A stretch of 64,000 nt of DNA, from IMG/VR virus record IMGVR_UViG_3300030085_002462; one strand, given 5' to 3'. Below are positions 26,466 through 34,620 of this stretch, one piece after another. Under the pieces are notes generated by a model. That model saw only the letters and a program-made list of their open reading frames with translations. It was not told where the DNA came from and ran no database searches. How positions within the stretch are numbered: position 1 is the first letter of the stretch; every line of letters starts with the position of its first letter. A program made the position numbers and the translations under genes. This stretch comes from a virus.

Positions 26466-27068
26466 ATGACAAACACACAACTCTCCGACGCTCTCTTCAG
26501 AATCATCCCTAAAGCAGTCAACCTCACCACACAGCGCGTTTCTAAAATGCTTGCTATTGGTAGTGGTGGCACAAAACCTGACCTTGATTCATTCTTCGGT
26601 GAAGATAACACAGTTGACAAGACTAAGTTTCTTGCTAACATCTTCAATCCTGCACTTGAGAATGCAGCACAAGAGTTAGGTGTTGATTACATTACTGAGG
26701 AAACTGTTGGATATGATGCTATACTATTAGGAGAGGAGATTGAGAATAAGATGTCTCTAGGATCTAGCACATCTTCATTCGCTACTGGTAACAACCACAG
26801 CAAGACTAAAGTTGATAAGATCTTTTGTGTGAAACTCACACAGGATGGTAACAACTTCCCTCAGATCTTCGCTTGCATTGTTGACCTATCTCTCGCACAA
26901 AATCCTAAGACAGGATGGACAGATTCAGTTACTAAGACTGGTAAGAATAACAATGGATTCTCAACTCTCAGAGTCCACAATGAGGATCTAATCTGCATCA
27001 CTCCGATCTATGGTAAAGTAAGAAGGACTCAGAAATTCATTCACACTGTATATGAAACTATCTCTTGA
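26466..27068 (+). CDS. Candidate PD-(D/E)xK (type II restriction-like) endonuclease
   Basis: 200 aa; GYDAILLGEEIENKMS fits D-x(n)-E-x-K; overlaps the MTase start by 17 nt. The ORF is solid; the function is tentative. Confidence 0.45.
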   Translation: MTNTQLSDALFRIIPKAVNLTTQRVSKMLAIGSGGTKPDLDSFFGEDNTVDKTKFLANIFNPALENAAQELGVDYITEETVGYDAILLGEEIENKMSLGSSTSSFATGNNHSKTKVDKIFCVKLTQDGNNFPQIFACIVDLSLAQNPKTGWTDSVTKTGKNNNGFSTLRVHNEDLICITPIYGKVRRTQKFIHTVYETIS

Positions 27069-27891
27069 TGATACATATCTCATGAGTTGTATCGATGGGA
27101 TGCAACTTATGGATGAGGAGAGTGTTGACTTAGTTGTCACCTCTCCTCCTTATGATGACTTGAGGACATACAATGATTCCAGTAAGTGGGATCATAATGT
27201 GTTTATGCAGGTTGCTGATAACCTCACCCGCGTATTGAAGCAGGGTGGGGTTATTATGTGGAATGTGAATGACGCTACGATTAAAGGTAGTGAGTCTGGA
27301 TCCTCTTTCCGTCAGTGTCTATATTTCATGGATAAGTGTGGTCTACGACTACACGATACTATGATATATGAGAAGACTGGCACAGCATTCGCGTCAGGTC
27401 CTAAGAGTGTGAGATATACTCAAATCTTTGAGTATTGTTTCATACTATCCAAGGGTAAACCTAAGACTATTAATCTTATTCAAGATAAGAAGAATGCATG
27501 GGCAGGTTACACCAGTTTTGGCAATGCTAAGACTCGAAAGAAGGATGGCACAATGCATGATCCTAATCGAAAGAGTAATGTCATCCGTGAATATGGTGTA
27601 AGGACTAACATTTGGAAGATCAAAAACTCAGGTGGTTTTGGTCAATCATCCAAAGCAAGTTACAAACATCCTGCCACAATGCCTGAGGAATTGGCAAGGG
27701 GTCACATTCAAACATGGTCAAATCCAAACGATTTAGTTTTAGATCCTTTTATGGGTGCTGGCACCACTGCACAGGTTGCACTTGAGGAGAAGAGACATTT
27801 TATTGGATTTGAGATTGATGAAATGTATCATGGCATGTGTGTTGAGCGTGTGCTACCATTTAAGGACAATCTAATCACTCGTTTACAATGA
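27052..27891 (+). CDS. DNA amino-methyltransferase, beta class (N4-C or N6-A)
   Basis: 279 aa; DLVVTSPPY (motif IV), HPATMPEELA, VLDPFMGAGTT (motif I), FIGFEID; motif order IV before I. Confidence 0.93.
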   Translation: MKLSLDDTYLMSCIDGMQLMDEESVDLVVTSPPYDDLRTYNDSSKWDHNVFMQVADNLTRVLKQGGVIMWNVNDATIKGSESGSSFRQCLYFMDKCGLRLHDTMIYEKTGTAFASGPKSVRYTQIFEYCFILSKGKPKTINLIQDKKNAWAGYTSFGNAKTRKKDGTMHDPNRKSNVIREYGVRTNIWKIKNSGGFGQSSKASYKHPATMPEELARGHIQTWSNPNDLVLDPFMGAGTTAQVALEEKRHFIGFEIDEMYHGMCVERVLPFKDNLITRLQ

Positions 27892-28169
27892 TTCACGAAG
27901 TGCCTGAGGGTTACTCACATTATAGTTGTGAGCAATTTAACAAAACATATGATCGTGTGTGGTTACATCACTCACGAGAATACATATATTCAGAGGGTGC
28001 AGAAGTCAAAACAGTATGGGGATTTATCAAGCGTAAAACTGGTGCAATTCATTCACCAGTAAATGCTAAAAAGGTCGGTAAGATCATCGATCCCGATCAA
28101 ACTACGCCCTACACTGCTATGCCACGCCCTAAAGTTAGTCCACTCATGCTATTGTGTGATTATGATTAA
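27888..28169 (+). CDS. Hypothetical early protein
   Basis: 93 aa; TVWGFIKRKTGAIHSPVNAKKVG; ATGA coupling. Confidence 0.75.
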   Translation: MIHEVPEGYSHYSCEQFNKTYDRVWLHHSREYIYSEGAEVKTVWGFIKRKTGAIHSPVNAKKVGKIIDPDQTTPYTAMPRPKVSPLMLLCDYD

Positions 28170-28419
28170 AGATCGTGCGATCGTGACCCCCAAGACCCCT
28201 AAGGCAAGGGAAATTCTAACAAATCACTTAAATAATAAGAGTGAGGTTAGACTTGAGGCATATAAGATGCGATCAGGCATTAAAAGGTGCTTCGTCAGTG
28301 CTATCGACAACCCAGACTTTTGGTTTTGGGTAGATAAGGACTGGGATGAAGACTGGGACATTTACATTATTAATGATGACAATACCAAGTTTCACACAGA
28401 CATCGGACGCCCCATATGA
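28162..28419 (+). CDS. Hypothetical early protein
   Basis: Start moved to ATG 28162 (MIKDRAIV...) which overlaps the previous stop. Confidence 0.65.
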   Translation: MIKDRAIVTPKTPKAREILTNHLNNKSEVRLEAYKMRSGIKRCFVSAIDNPDFWFWVDKDWDEDWDIYIINDDNTKFHTDIGRPI

Positions 28420-28579
28420 CCGTCACTGGTATAAAGTATGGTGCACTGATAACTCAGTTAAAATACTACACTCCTATCAAGAAGTGCAAGAAGTGTGGTG
28501 GAATTTTAAGCACTTCTTATCACATGTAGAGGTCATCGATGCCAAACGAAACAAACAATCAGGATCAGGATTCGGGTGA
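28373..28579 (+). CDS. Hypothetical early protein with C-terminal GFG
   Basis: YDRHWYKVW...VEVID...GSGFG; start uncertain (28373 or 28376). Confidence 0.65.
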   Translation: MMTIPSFTQTSDAPYDRHWYKVWCTDNSVKILHSYQEVQEVWWNFKHFLSHVEVIDAKRNKQSGSGFG

Positions 28580-28751
28580 TGGGTTGTCCATCACTGTTGA
28601 CGATAATGGCAATGTTAGTATAGAATGGGATCACAATGACCCTAGATGGTCAATGTTTAATGGATGGAAGTCAGAAGACTTTCTTCAATTAATTAGTGAC
28701 GGAATTACCAAATACGATTTAAGACACGAATTGAATCATGATGACATCTAA
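28539..28751 (+). CDS. Hypothetical early protein
   Basis: 70 aa; SIEWDHNDPRWSMFNGW. Confidence 0.7.
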   Translation: MPNETNNQDQDSGDGLSITVDDNGNVSIEWDHNDPRWSMFNGWKSEDFLQLISDGITKYDLRHELNHDDI

Positions 28752-29010
28752 CGCTATTAGCGATTTTAATATCAATAATGACCAAACTGGCACTATTGAG
28801 AAACACCACGAAAATTTGAAAACATGCAAATCTGCATTTTGTGATATTCTTTATGAATTCCTTGATGAAGGTGTGCTAACTCCTGGAGAAACTGTTTCAT
28901 GCTTCCGTGATGCATTGCAAATGATTGTGGATAATCATCAACAGTCATTGAATAACAGTAAAGCAGCACTGGAATTGATCTCTCAAATTAGTAAGAATGA
29001 AGATCAATGA
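28738..29010 (+). CDS. Hypothetical early protein
   Basis: 90-aa helical ORF, overlapping neighbours. Confidence 0.65.
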   Translation: MMTSNAISDFNINNDQTGTIEKHHENLKTCKSAFCDILYEFLDEGVLTPGETVSCFRDALQMIVDNHQQSLNNSKAALELISQISKNEDQ

Positions 29011-29233
29011 TGGTGAAGAAGGGAAGAAAGCATCTAAAGAATTGAATGATGCAATGTGGTCAATAAGGAAATTATATGACCCAGAGAATATCAATTCACT
29101 CGAAGATTCACTAGATGACACACTCTCAAAATTCAACAAACTATCAGAAACCCTGCGAAGATCCGCTGAAGTGTCAGGACTGGCAAAACGCAAACTTAAA
29201 AATCCTAGACAGAGTGATGGCAAATTATTCTAA
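28997..29233 (+). CDS. Hypothetical early protein
   Basis: 78-aa helical ORF. Confidence 0.6.
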   Translation: MKINDGEEGKKASKELNDAMWSIRKLYDPENINSLEDSLDDTLSKFNKLSETLRRSAEVSGLAKRKLKNPRQSDGKLF

Positions 29234-29340
29234 TGATATGCCAGTGGCAGAAGTGCACACTGAAGAGAGCGGATCTGCCCCTTAGTGCCTATTATAGGTG
29301 CATAGCAAACAACCCAGTGACTTTTCCAATTCTCTCTCGA

Positions 29341-29508
29341 ATGATTCACTCAAAGAAAACTATCATTGACATCATGAAAACATGTGACAATACTGATATG
29401 TTGTCACGAGAAGAGAAGTTTGAAGTATTCTGCAAAGTATGTGATAACATGCTAAACGAAGGTAGAATCACTAAAGTAAATCACACTCGCTGGACTACTA
29501 TTTTTTGA
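29341..29508 (+). CDS. Hypothetical early protein
   Basis: MIHSKKTIIDIMKTC...RWTTIF; start probably 29341 rather than 29233. Confidence 0.6.
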   Translation: MIHSKKTIIDIMKTCDNTDMLSREEKFEVFCKVCDNMLNEGRITKVNHTRWTTIF

Positions 29509-29510
29509 TT

Positions 29511-29639
29511 ATGAGCACACTACACCACGAATCTATTCTTGAAACCATCTATGATGAAATTTGTGAAGAATTTCCCGAATTGAATGATGATGCCAAATTT
29601 GAATTAACACGTCAACGTTTTGAGGATCAGTGTCAATGA
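29511..29639 (+). CDS. Small acidic early protein (42 aa; not in ORF track)
   Basis: MSTLHHESILETIYDEICEEFPELNDDAKFELTRQRFEDQCQ*; fills the gap; ATGA overlap with next gene. Confidence 0.75.
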   Translation: MSTLHHESILETIYDEICEEFPELNDDAKFELTRQRFEDQCQ

Positions 29640-29776
29640 GAATCGCACTTGCTTTTATTGTTGTAATTCTTGGCGCTAACATCGGTTTATCTGTTGTTAA
29701 CAAATTTCAAGAGATCCAAGACGCTAAAATGGAGCGTCTTTGCAACATTGATGAATCTTACTGCACACCACAATGA
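29636..29776 (+). CDS. Small membrane/secreted peptide (46 aa; not in ORF track)
   Basis: MRIALAFIVVILGANIGLSVV...RLCNIDESYCTPQ*; ATGA overlaps at both ends. Confidence 0.7.
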   Translation: MRIALAFIVVILGANIGLSVVNKFQEIQDAKMERLCNIDESYCTPQ

Positions 29777-30012
29777 CATACGAAGAAAATCGTAAACAAT
29801 CACTCGATGAAGTAATTCAAGAGTATATTGAAGACGAAAAATGTGGTCCAGATCTTTTAGTTAAAGATATTTTGGACACACTAACAACAATCCGTGAGTA
29901 TCATGAAACACAGGCACGAAAGTGTGATGTAGTTTACATGAAACTTAATGGTATCCTGAGGGGTTTCGGGACAGTCGCGGAAGTGCCCACTAACGCCCCC
30001 AAAGCACCCTGA
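29773..30012 (+). CDS. Hypothetical early protein
   Basis: 79-aa ORF. Confidence 0.65.
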   Translation: MTYEENRKQSLDEVIQEYIEDEKCGPDLLVKDILDTLTTIREYHETQARKCDVVYMKLNGILRGFGTVAEVPTNAPKAP

Positions 30013-30027
30013 TCGATGCCATACTAT
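29970..30027 (+). promoter_or_regulatory. Early promoter with upstream element (copy C)
   Basis: GACAGTCGCGGAAGTGCCCA 29970-29989; TACTAT 30022-30027. Confidence 0.6.
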
Positions 30028-30053
30028 AAAAGTCAAAACAAACGAGGCATTTC

Positions 30054-30305
30054 ATGCAACTCACTTCCAAAGGTGCAAACATGGTTGTTGATTTCTATCC
30101 TGTTAAGTTCGCAGATGGTGAAATCAGCACTCGTTACATTTTGAAGACTGTTACATTCATGGGCAAATCTCAATCCAAGCGTTATATCTTAACGAAAGAT
30201 TTCCGTCGTGAAGTATACTCCCGTGTGGAGGGTTATGGTTACGAAGTGACCGATTTTCACACTTATCCTCAACTCTTCAACTCTGCAATGTCTCTTGCCT
30301 GCTGA
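30054..30305 (+). CDS. Hypothetical early protein
   Basis: 83-aa ORF directly after promoter C. Confidence 0.75.
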   Translation: MQLTSKGANMVVDFYPVKFADGEISTRYILKTVTFMGKSQSKRYILTKDFRREVYSRVEGYGYEVTDFHTYPQLFNSAMSLAC

Positions 30306-30388
30306 TGTCAACTGAATTCAGTCTCGCTATCACTGGCATTTTATTTGTTGGTGGTATTATTTTATTCTTCAAAGCAGTTTATCGATGA
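30305..30388 (+). CDS. Single-TM peptide (27 aa; not in ORF track)
   Basis: MSTEFSLAITGILFVGGIILFFKAVYR*; TGATG and ATGA coupling. Confidence 0.65.
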   Translation: MSTEFSLAITGILFVGGIILFFKAVYR

Positions 30389-30513
30389 CACCTGACACTT
30401 TCAACTTCACTGGTGATGCAATCACGGTTATTGGATTTATTGGTGTTGCATCAACTGGAATTATTCTATTCACAGCATTCACACGTTATTTCAATTCACC
30501 ATTGAGGAAGTAA
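30385..30513 (+). CDS. Single-TM peptide (42 aa; not in ORF track)
   Basis: MTPDTFNFTGDAITVIGFIGVASTGIILFTAFTRYFNSPLRK*. Confidence 0.7.
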   Translation: MTPDTFNFTGDAITVIGFIGVASTGIILFTAFTRYFNSPLRK

Positions 30514-30515
30514 AA

Positions 30516-30809
30516 ATGTCATTTTCTCAGGAAGATTCAAAGAAAATCGCAAATGCATATTGCGATTATCAAATAGAGCACATGGATTACGACCAATTAT
30601 CCCATCTTGCTAAAGACCTATTAATGCAAACTTATTCACATTTAGACTACGAAGAAATTACAGCAGAGATACAAGATCTCTACGATGATGAAGTGTTAGA
30701 AACTGTAGTCGAGAATGCGAGGATCTCACGGTCTCCAGTGAAAGATTTTTATGAAGAAGTGCTAGACTTTTATCGTAATCCACTTAATCACACTTTCGCC
30801 CAAAACTAA
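30516..30809 (+). CDS. Hypothetical acidic early protein
   Basis: 97-aa ORF. Confidence 0.7.
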   Translation: MSFSQEDSKKIANAYCDYQIEHMDYDQLSHLAKDLLMQTYSHLDYEEITAEIQDLYDDEVLETVVENARISRSPVKDFYEEVLDFYRNPLNHTFAQN

Positions 30810-31006
30810 TGCCTAACTACGAAACATCCGATCAACAACACTCGATTGACAACATGAGTGACACTTTGATGATCGCATTGCAACGGAATGCTGATAACAG
30901 TAATTTCCAGGAAATGAAAGCAATTTATGAAGAGTGGGTTGTTGATGGTCGTGATCCCGAAGATGGCAGTTACCAGTTTATTTTTGTCCCTAATCTGACC
31001 TTATAA
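30809..31006 (+). CDS. Hypothetical early protein
   Basis: 65 aa; IYEEWVVDGRDPEDG. Confidence 0.7.
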   Translation: MPNYETSDQQHSIDNMSDTLMIALQRNADNSNFQEMKAIYEEWVVDGRDPEDGSYQFIFVPNLTL

Positions 31007-31007
31007 A

Positions 31008-31202
31008 ATGAAAGGCATGTCCAAACAAGAGAGAATTCTACTTGCTATTAAACAAGTTGAAAATGTGACCGAATTGTGTGAAAGTTTGGACTATACCTAT
31101 TACTTAACTCAAAGTTGCACATTGAGACAACTCCCTTATGAATTGCAGAGACAATTAAGTCTTCTACAATCACATGAAGATGACACCATATTTGATCGCT
31201 AA
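31008..31202 (+). CDS. Hypothetical early protein
   Basis: 64-aa ORF. Confidence 0.6.
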   Translation: MKGMSKQERILLAIKQVENVTELCESLDYTYYLTQSCTLRQLPYELQRQLSLLQSHEDDTIFDR

Positions 31203-31218
31203 AGTAAAGAGAATTTAT

Positions 31219-31274
31219 GACAGTATACAAACCGCCACACGACAGGTCGCCAAGGACCCGCTGTGCTCTACAAT
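31219..31274 (+). promoter_or_regulatory. Early promoter with upstream element (copy D)
   Basis: GACAGTATACAAACCGCCAC 31219-31238; TACAAT 31269-31274. Confidence 0.7.
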
Positions 31275-31280
31275 GGAGGC

Positions 31281-31484
31281 ATGACAAACGAAACCAACAT
31301 GATTCACAAAAACGAAGCATTCCTGAGTGCACTCCAAGGACTTCAATCATTCGTCCTTGATACAAACGCCGATATTGATATGGCATACGATTGGGTTGCT
31401 GATCAGTCAGGAATTGCTTCTTTCGTGCATCAAAACCAAGCATGGGATATGTTTTACGATGCATGGGAGAATGCAAATGTTTGA
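31281..31484 (+). CDS. Hypothetical early protein
   Basis: GGAGG-C-ATG at 31281; the track start at 31263 lies inside the promoter. Confidence 0.7.
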   Translation: MTNETNMIHKNEAFLSALQGLQSFVLDTNADIDMAYDWVADQSGIASFVHQNQAWDMFYDAWENANV

Positions 31485-31713
31485 TATTTTTGAAGATCTC
31501 AACAATCAACTAAACTCCCTGACTATCTACAAACCAAAAATGACAAATCCATACGTTGAAAATCTTGTTGAAATGGGTTACGATCGTGCAGATTGTGAAA
31601 CCGTAGCAACAGCGGGAATCGAAAAGAAATTTCCCCTAAACATTCACGGTCGTGTTTATAATACTCAAGAAGAGTATAACGAAGCACTTCACGATTTCAT
31701 CAACGGACTTTAA
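31477..31713 (+). CDS. Hypothetical early protein
   Basis: MFDIFEDL...NPYVENLVEMGYDRADC...; start 31477 or 31540. Confidence 0.65.
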   Translation: MFDIFEDLNNQLNSLTIYKPKMTNPYVENLVEMGYDRADCETVATAGIEKKFPLNIHGRVYNTQEEYNEALHDFINGL

Positions 31714-31719
31714 TCAATC

Positions 31720-32046
31720 ATGACTATTTTCATCGAGCGCGGTATCCGCCACAACGACAAATCTATCTACGTTGAAGACATTTTTGTGGAGCAAGATTCT
31801 GTTTGGAAGAATGAGCGCAGACTCGCCGCATTTACTATTACTGAAGATGTGAGTGGTCCGCACGTTGGTGACTTTAATGCGCGTCGGTATCGTGTTAATC
31901 AGCGCACACAATTAGACAACGGCGTCTACATCTATCCTAAGATCTACGGCGCGGAAACTGTTAGCGAGTGCAAGGAATTTATCGAGGGTTATATTAACGA
32001 AGATATCACCCAGCGAATCATGAAAACGGATCAAGCAACCAGTTGA
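31720..32046 (+). CDS. Hypothetical early protein
   Basis: 108-aa ORF. Confidence 0.65.
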   Translation: MTIFIERGIRHNDKSIYVEDIFVEQDSVWKNERRLAAFTITEDVSGPHVGDFNARRYRVNQRTQLDNGVYIYPKIYGAETVSECKEFIEGYINEDITQRIMKTDQATS

Positions 32047-32093
32047 CTAAGTGTCACACAGGTTGTAGGCACCGCCCCTCCATGCTCTATAAT
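32038..32093 (+). promoter_or_regulatory. Early promoter with upstream element (copy E)
   Basis: ACCAGTTGACTAAGTGTCAC 32038-32057; TATAAT 32088-32093. Confidence 0.75.
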
Positions 32094-32141
32094 AAAGACA
32101 TCAGGGGGAGAGAGATCCCCCACAATCACTAAATTCCAAAC

Positions 32142-32453
32142 ATGCGTAAAATCGAAGCACAAATGAATCAGGCAATCCGCCAGCGTCGTAACTGGAGCAA
32201 TGCCAACACTTCTGTTGTAGTTGATGACAACAACAACGCCGAAGTTTATCTTCACGGCAATCACATTGCAACGATTGGTGATGAGATTCAACTCTTTGAT
32301 GGTGGTTGGCAGTCTAACACCACTAAGTCACGTTTGAATGCTATTTGTTACGAATTCGCTTATGGTTGTGGTGTTTTTCAAAAGCAATTTGAGTGGTTTG
32401 TTAACACAAACAACGGCACAGTTGATTTCGTTAACGGCATCGCAGTATCATGA
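32142..32453 (+). CDS. Conserved phage hypothetical protein
   Basis: 103 aa; VYLHGNHIA...GGWQSNTTKSRLNAI...QKQFEWFV. Confidence 0.8.
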   Translation: MRKIEAQMNQAIRQRRNWSNANTSVVVDDNNNAEVYLHGNHIATIGDEIQLFDGGWQSNTTKSRLNAICYEFAYGCGVFQKQFEWFVNTNNGTVDFVNGIAVS

Positions 32454-32632
32454 GTTGCCAATTAGATTTTCTCACCGATGTTTACACTGACTGGTGTAAC
32501 AAAGAAGGGTTAGAATTGATCTCCGCTGATGATCAACTCTACTGCGCTGATGGTCCTGATCTCACACTACGTCAGCGCGTTTGGTTATCCAACTTCATTG
32601 AAGTTTGGGATGTAGTTAACCAAAACACATAA
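32450..32632 (+). CDS. Hypothetical early protein
   Basis: 60 aa; YTDWCNKEGLELISADD. Confidence 0.7.
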   Translation: MSCQLDFLTDVYTDWCNKEGLELISADDQLYCADGPDLTLRQRVWLSNFIEVWDVVNQNT

Positions 32633-32695
32633 AAAGCGGGTTTATATAATTGTATCTCCAACCGCGAGATCTCCCCGCTCTCACTATCACAAACA

Positions 32696-32830
32696 ATGCG
32701 CATTTTTCTTCTTGCTCTTCTCGCGATTCTTTGCTATAATAGCAACGACGCGAGATTTTTCATTTCAGATCAATTACACAATGCCGCTGAGATTGTCCGC
32801 CCTGATCCACAACTTCGCATCAACTATTAA
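32696..32830 (+). CDS. Small signal-peptide-bearing protein (44 aa; not in ORF track)
   Basis: MRIFLLALLAILCYNSNDARFFISDQLHNAAEIVRP...*; A/C-rich leader. Confidence 0.6.
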   Translation: MRIFLLALLAILCYNSNDARFFISDQLHNAAEIVRPDPQLRINY

Positions 32831-32859
32831 TATAGATACTTTACAATTTCCCCATTAAC

Positions 32860-33492
32860 ATGACTGACAAATTAAGTGACAAACTAGAGAAGAAAATCAC
32901 CCAAGAAACTTATGGGTTGTTTCCTACTGGTGTCACTCGTTATCAACTTGATAATAGTGAAGAATTAAAGAAAAAAGTCTTATTGTGGATGAAAGACCAG
33001 GAAATCGTTGATGATCATGGTCGCCGTATGTTATGCCACAATATTACACAAGTAGGAGAGAAAAATAAGATCCTTGATGATATCCCAGAGTTAGAGCAGG
33101 CACTCATGAAAGCAGTGGGATTTCACAACAAAAATACTTTCAACTATAGTTGCAATTTAGCAATTAATGAAGCATACGTTGAATTAGCAACAGAGGGAGC
33201 ACTTTACGCCCCTCATGAGCATTCAAATTGCCTTTATTCTCTCACTTACTTCATTAACTACAATCATGAAAATCATGGATTTTTGAAATTTAGGCGTAAT
33301 GTCTTGTCTTCAATGTATCCTGTTATGCAGGTGAATTCTAATCAACTCACCCCATACAATATGCCTGAAGCAACATTCACAATGCGCGAAGGTGATGTTG
33401 TAATTTATCCCTCAAATGTTACTCACGGTTATGACTCTAACCAGACTGATGAGCGTATCACATTAACTGCAAATATCATACCAGTTGAGTGA
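32860..33492 (+). CDS. 2OG-Fe(II) oxygenase (TIGR02466-like)
   Basis: LFPTGV, PHEHSNCLYSLTYF, EGDVVIYPSNVTHG, RITLTANI. Confidence 0.85.
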   Translation: MTDKLSDKLEKKITQETYGLFPTGVTRYQLDNSEELKKKVLLWMKDQEIVDDHGRRMLCHNITQVGEKNKILDDIPELEQALMKAVGFHNKNTFNYSCNLAINEAYVELATEGALYAPHEHSNCLYSLTYFINYNHENHGFLKFRRNVLSSMYPVMQVNSNQLTPYNMPEATFTMREGDVVIYPSNVTHGYDSNQTDERITLTANIIPVE

Positions 33493-33546
33493 CACTTTTA
33501 TTAGTGTCACCTAAGTATGTGCTACCGTGTTTTTTTCCACTATAAT
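33489..33546 (+). promoter_or_regulatory. Early promoter with perfect palindromic upstream element (copy F)
   Basis: GTGACACT-TTTATT-AGTGTCAC 33489-33510; TATAAT 33541-33546. Confidence 0.8.
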
Positions 33547-33571
33547 AAGTGTATAAGAAACAAACAAACAA

Positions 33572-34012
33572 ATGACTCTTTCAAATCCAACAGTTGAAGC
33601 AAACGTCCCAACATGGGCACAAAAGTATTGTGACGCTCTAGAAGCAAATTACAAGAATTATCACATTGATTCAATGAAGAGAATGGCATCCCGCCCAGAC
33701 TCATCAACTTACGCAAATGAGCAACTTGAAAAGATTGAATCAGGTGAAGCAAAGTTAATGAAATTCAGAGCAAATCCTGGAAAGAAGTATTTCAAGATTA
33801 TTCAACAGGAAGCAAGAAACGAAGCGGGTGAATATCGCGATCAGTCAGTTGTTGCTTTCATCGATAAAAAGACAGGTGAAATATACAAACCAGCAGGATG
33901 GAAGGGACCAGCGAAGCACGTCAGATTTGACATGAGAATCATCAAAGATCGCGAATTTGTCCATAACGCTAATAACGTAGATTGGGCAGGTGGTCATCTC
34001 TACATGATCTAA
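33572..34012 (+). CDS. Conserved phage hypothetical protein
   Basis: 146 aa; GKKYFKI...SVVAFIDKKTGEIYKPAGWKGPAKHVRF. Confidence 0.8.
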   Translation: MTLSNPTVEANVPTWAQKYCDALEANYKNYHIDSMKRMASRPDSSTYANEQLEKIESGEAKLMKFRANPGKKYFKIIQQEARNEAGEYRDQSVVAFIDKKTGEIYKPAGWKGPAKHVRFDMRIIKDREFVHNANNVDWAGGHLYMI

Positions 34013-34069
34013 ACCAATACAATAAGTGGCACATCATAACATTGTGCCACACATATTTTCCCTTATAAT
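34013..34069 (+). promoter_or_regulatory. Early promoter with upstream element (copy G)
   Basis: ACCAATACAATAAGTGGCAC 34013-34032; GTGGCACA/TGTGCCAC inverted repeat; TATAAT 34064-34069. Confidence 0.75.
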
Positions 34070-34095
34070 AGTATTAACAACACCAAAGAAACACA

Positions 34096-34362
34096 ATGGC
34101 AAACTTCTCTGAATTCCTTGATTATTGCGAATCATTCTATAACCCTAAGCACCCTGATGTGTTATATCCAATAGAAGGATTAACTAGGGGAGAATTAGCA
34201 CTTGCCACACTTGAATATCTAGATTCATGTAACGATGAAATTACATGGGGTGGAGGTGATAGTCTAGACAGAGAAAGAGTAAGGGATACGGTATTAGAAA
34301 TTAGGGAATTAAATGACCTAGTAAATGATGCTACCGAAGCATTAATGAATGAAGTCAGGTAA
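34096..34362 (+). CDS. Hypothetical early protein
   Basis: 88 aa; FLDYCESFY...WGGGDSLDRERVRD. Confidence 0.75.
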   Translation: MANFSEFLDYCESFYNPKHPDVLYPIEGLTRGELALATLEYLDSCNDEITWGGGDSLDRERVRDTVLEIRELNDLVNDATEALMNEVR

Positions 34363-34376
34363 CAACCAAACCATAC

Positions 34377-34412
34377 AGTTTTCCACAGATTTTTGATATT
34401 TTGTGGAAAACT
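34377..34412. repeat. 11-bp perfect inverted repeat containing two DnaA-box-like 9-mers
   Basis: AGTTTTCCACA-N14-TGTGGAAAACT; TTTTCCACA fits TT(A/T)TNCACA. Confidence 0.8.
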
Positions 34413-34432
34413 AAAAATGGTTAAAAAAATAT

Positions 34433-34456
34433 ACTAGAGAGAAATATATCTCTAGT
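34433..34456. repeat. 8-bp inverted repeat in AT-rich DNA
   Basis: ACTAGAGA-GAAATATA-TCTCTAGT. Confidence 0.7.
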
Positions 34457-34484
34457 TAAATGTCTCTAGGTGTAGTCATCTAAG

Positions 34485-34513
34485 AGCGTAACGCAACGAG
34501 ATTTTTTTGTCAA
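34485..34513 (-). promoter_or_regulatory. Possible leftward sigma70-type promoter
   Basis: On the minus strand TTGACA (34513-34508), 17 nt, TACGCT (34490-34485). Confidence 0.45.
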
Positions 34514-34523
34514 GTATACACAG

Positions 34524-34579
34524 GACACTTCACAAACCCACACAGATCCCTTGACATTACTATCATTTTCCTACATAAT
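34524..34579 (+). promoter_or_regulatory. Early promoter with upstream element (copy H)
   Basis: GACACTTCACAAACCCACAC 34524-34543; TTGACA 34551-34556, 17 nt, CATAAT 34574-34579. Confidence 0.75.
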
Positions 34580-34620
34580 GTAATCGTCCCAAACAAATCA
34601 CTTTCCTTTGCTAATCGATC

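Noticed and set aside
32635-32680. Nested hairpin AGCGGG...ATCTC/GAGAT...CCCGCT as terminator or ncRNA
   Set aside because: Short stems, large internal loop and no U-tract; could be chance
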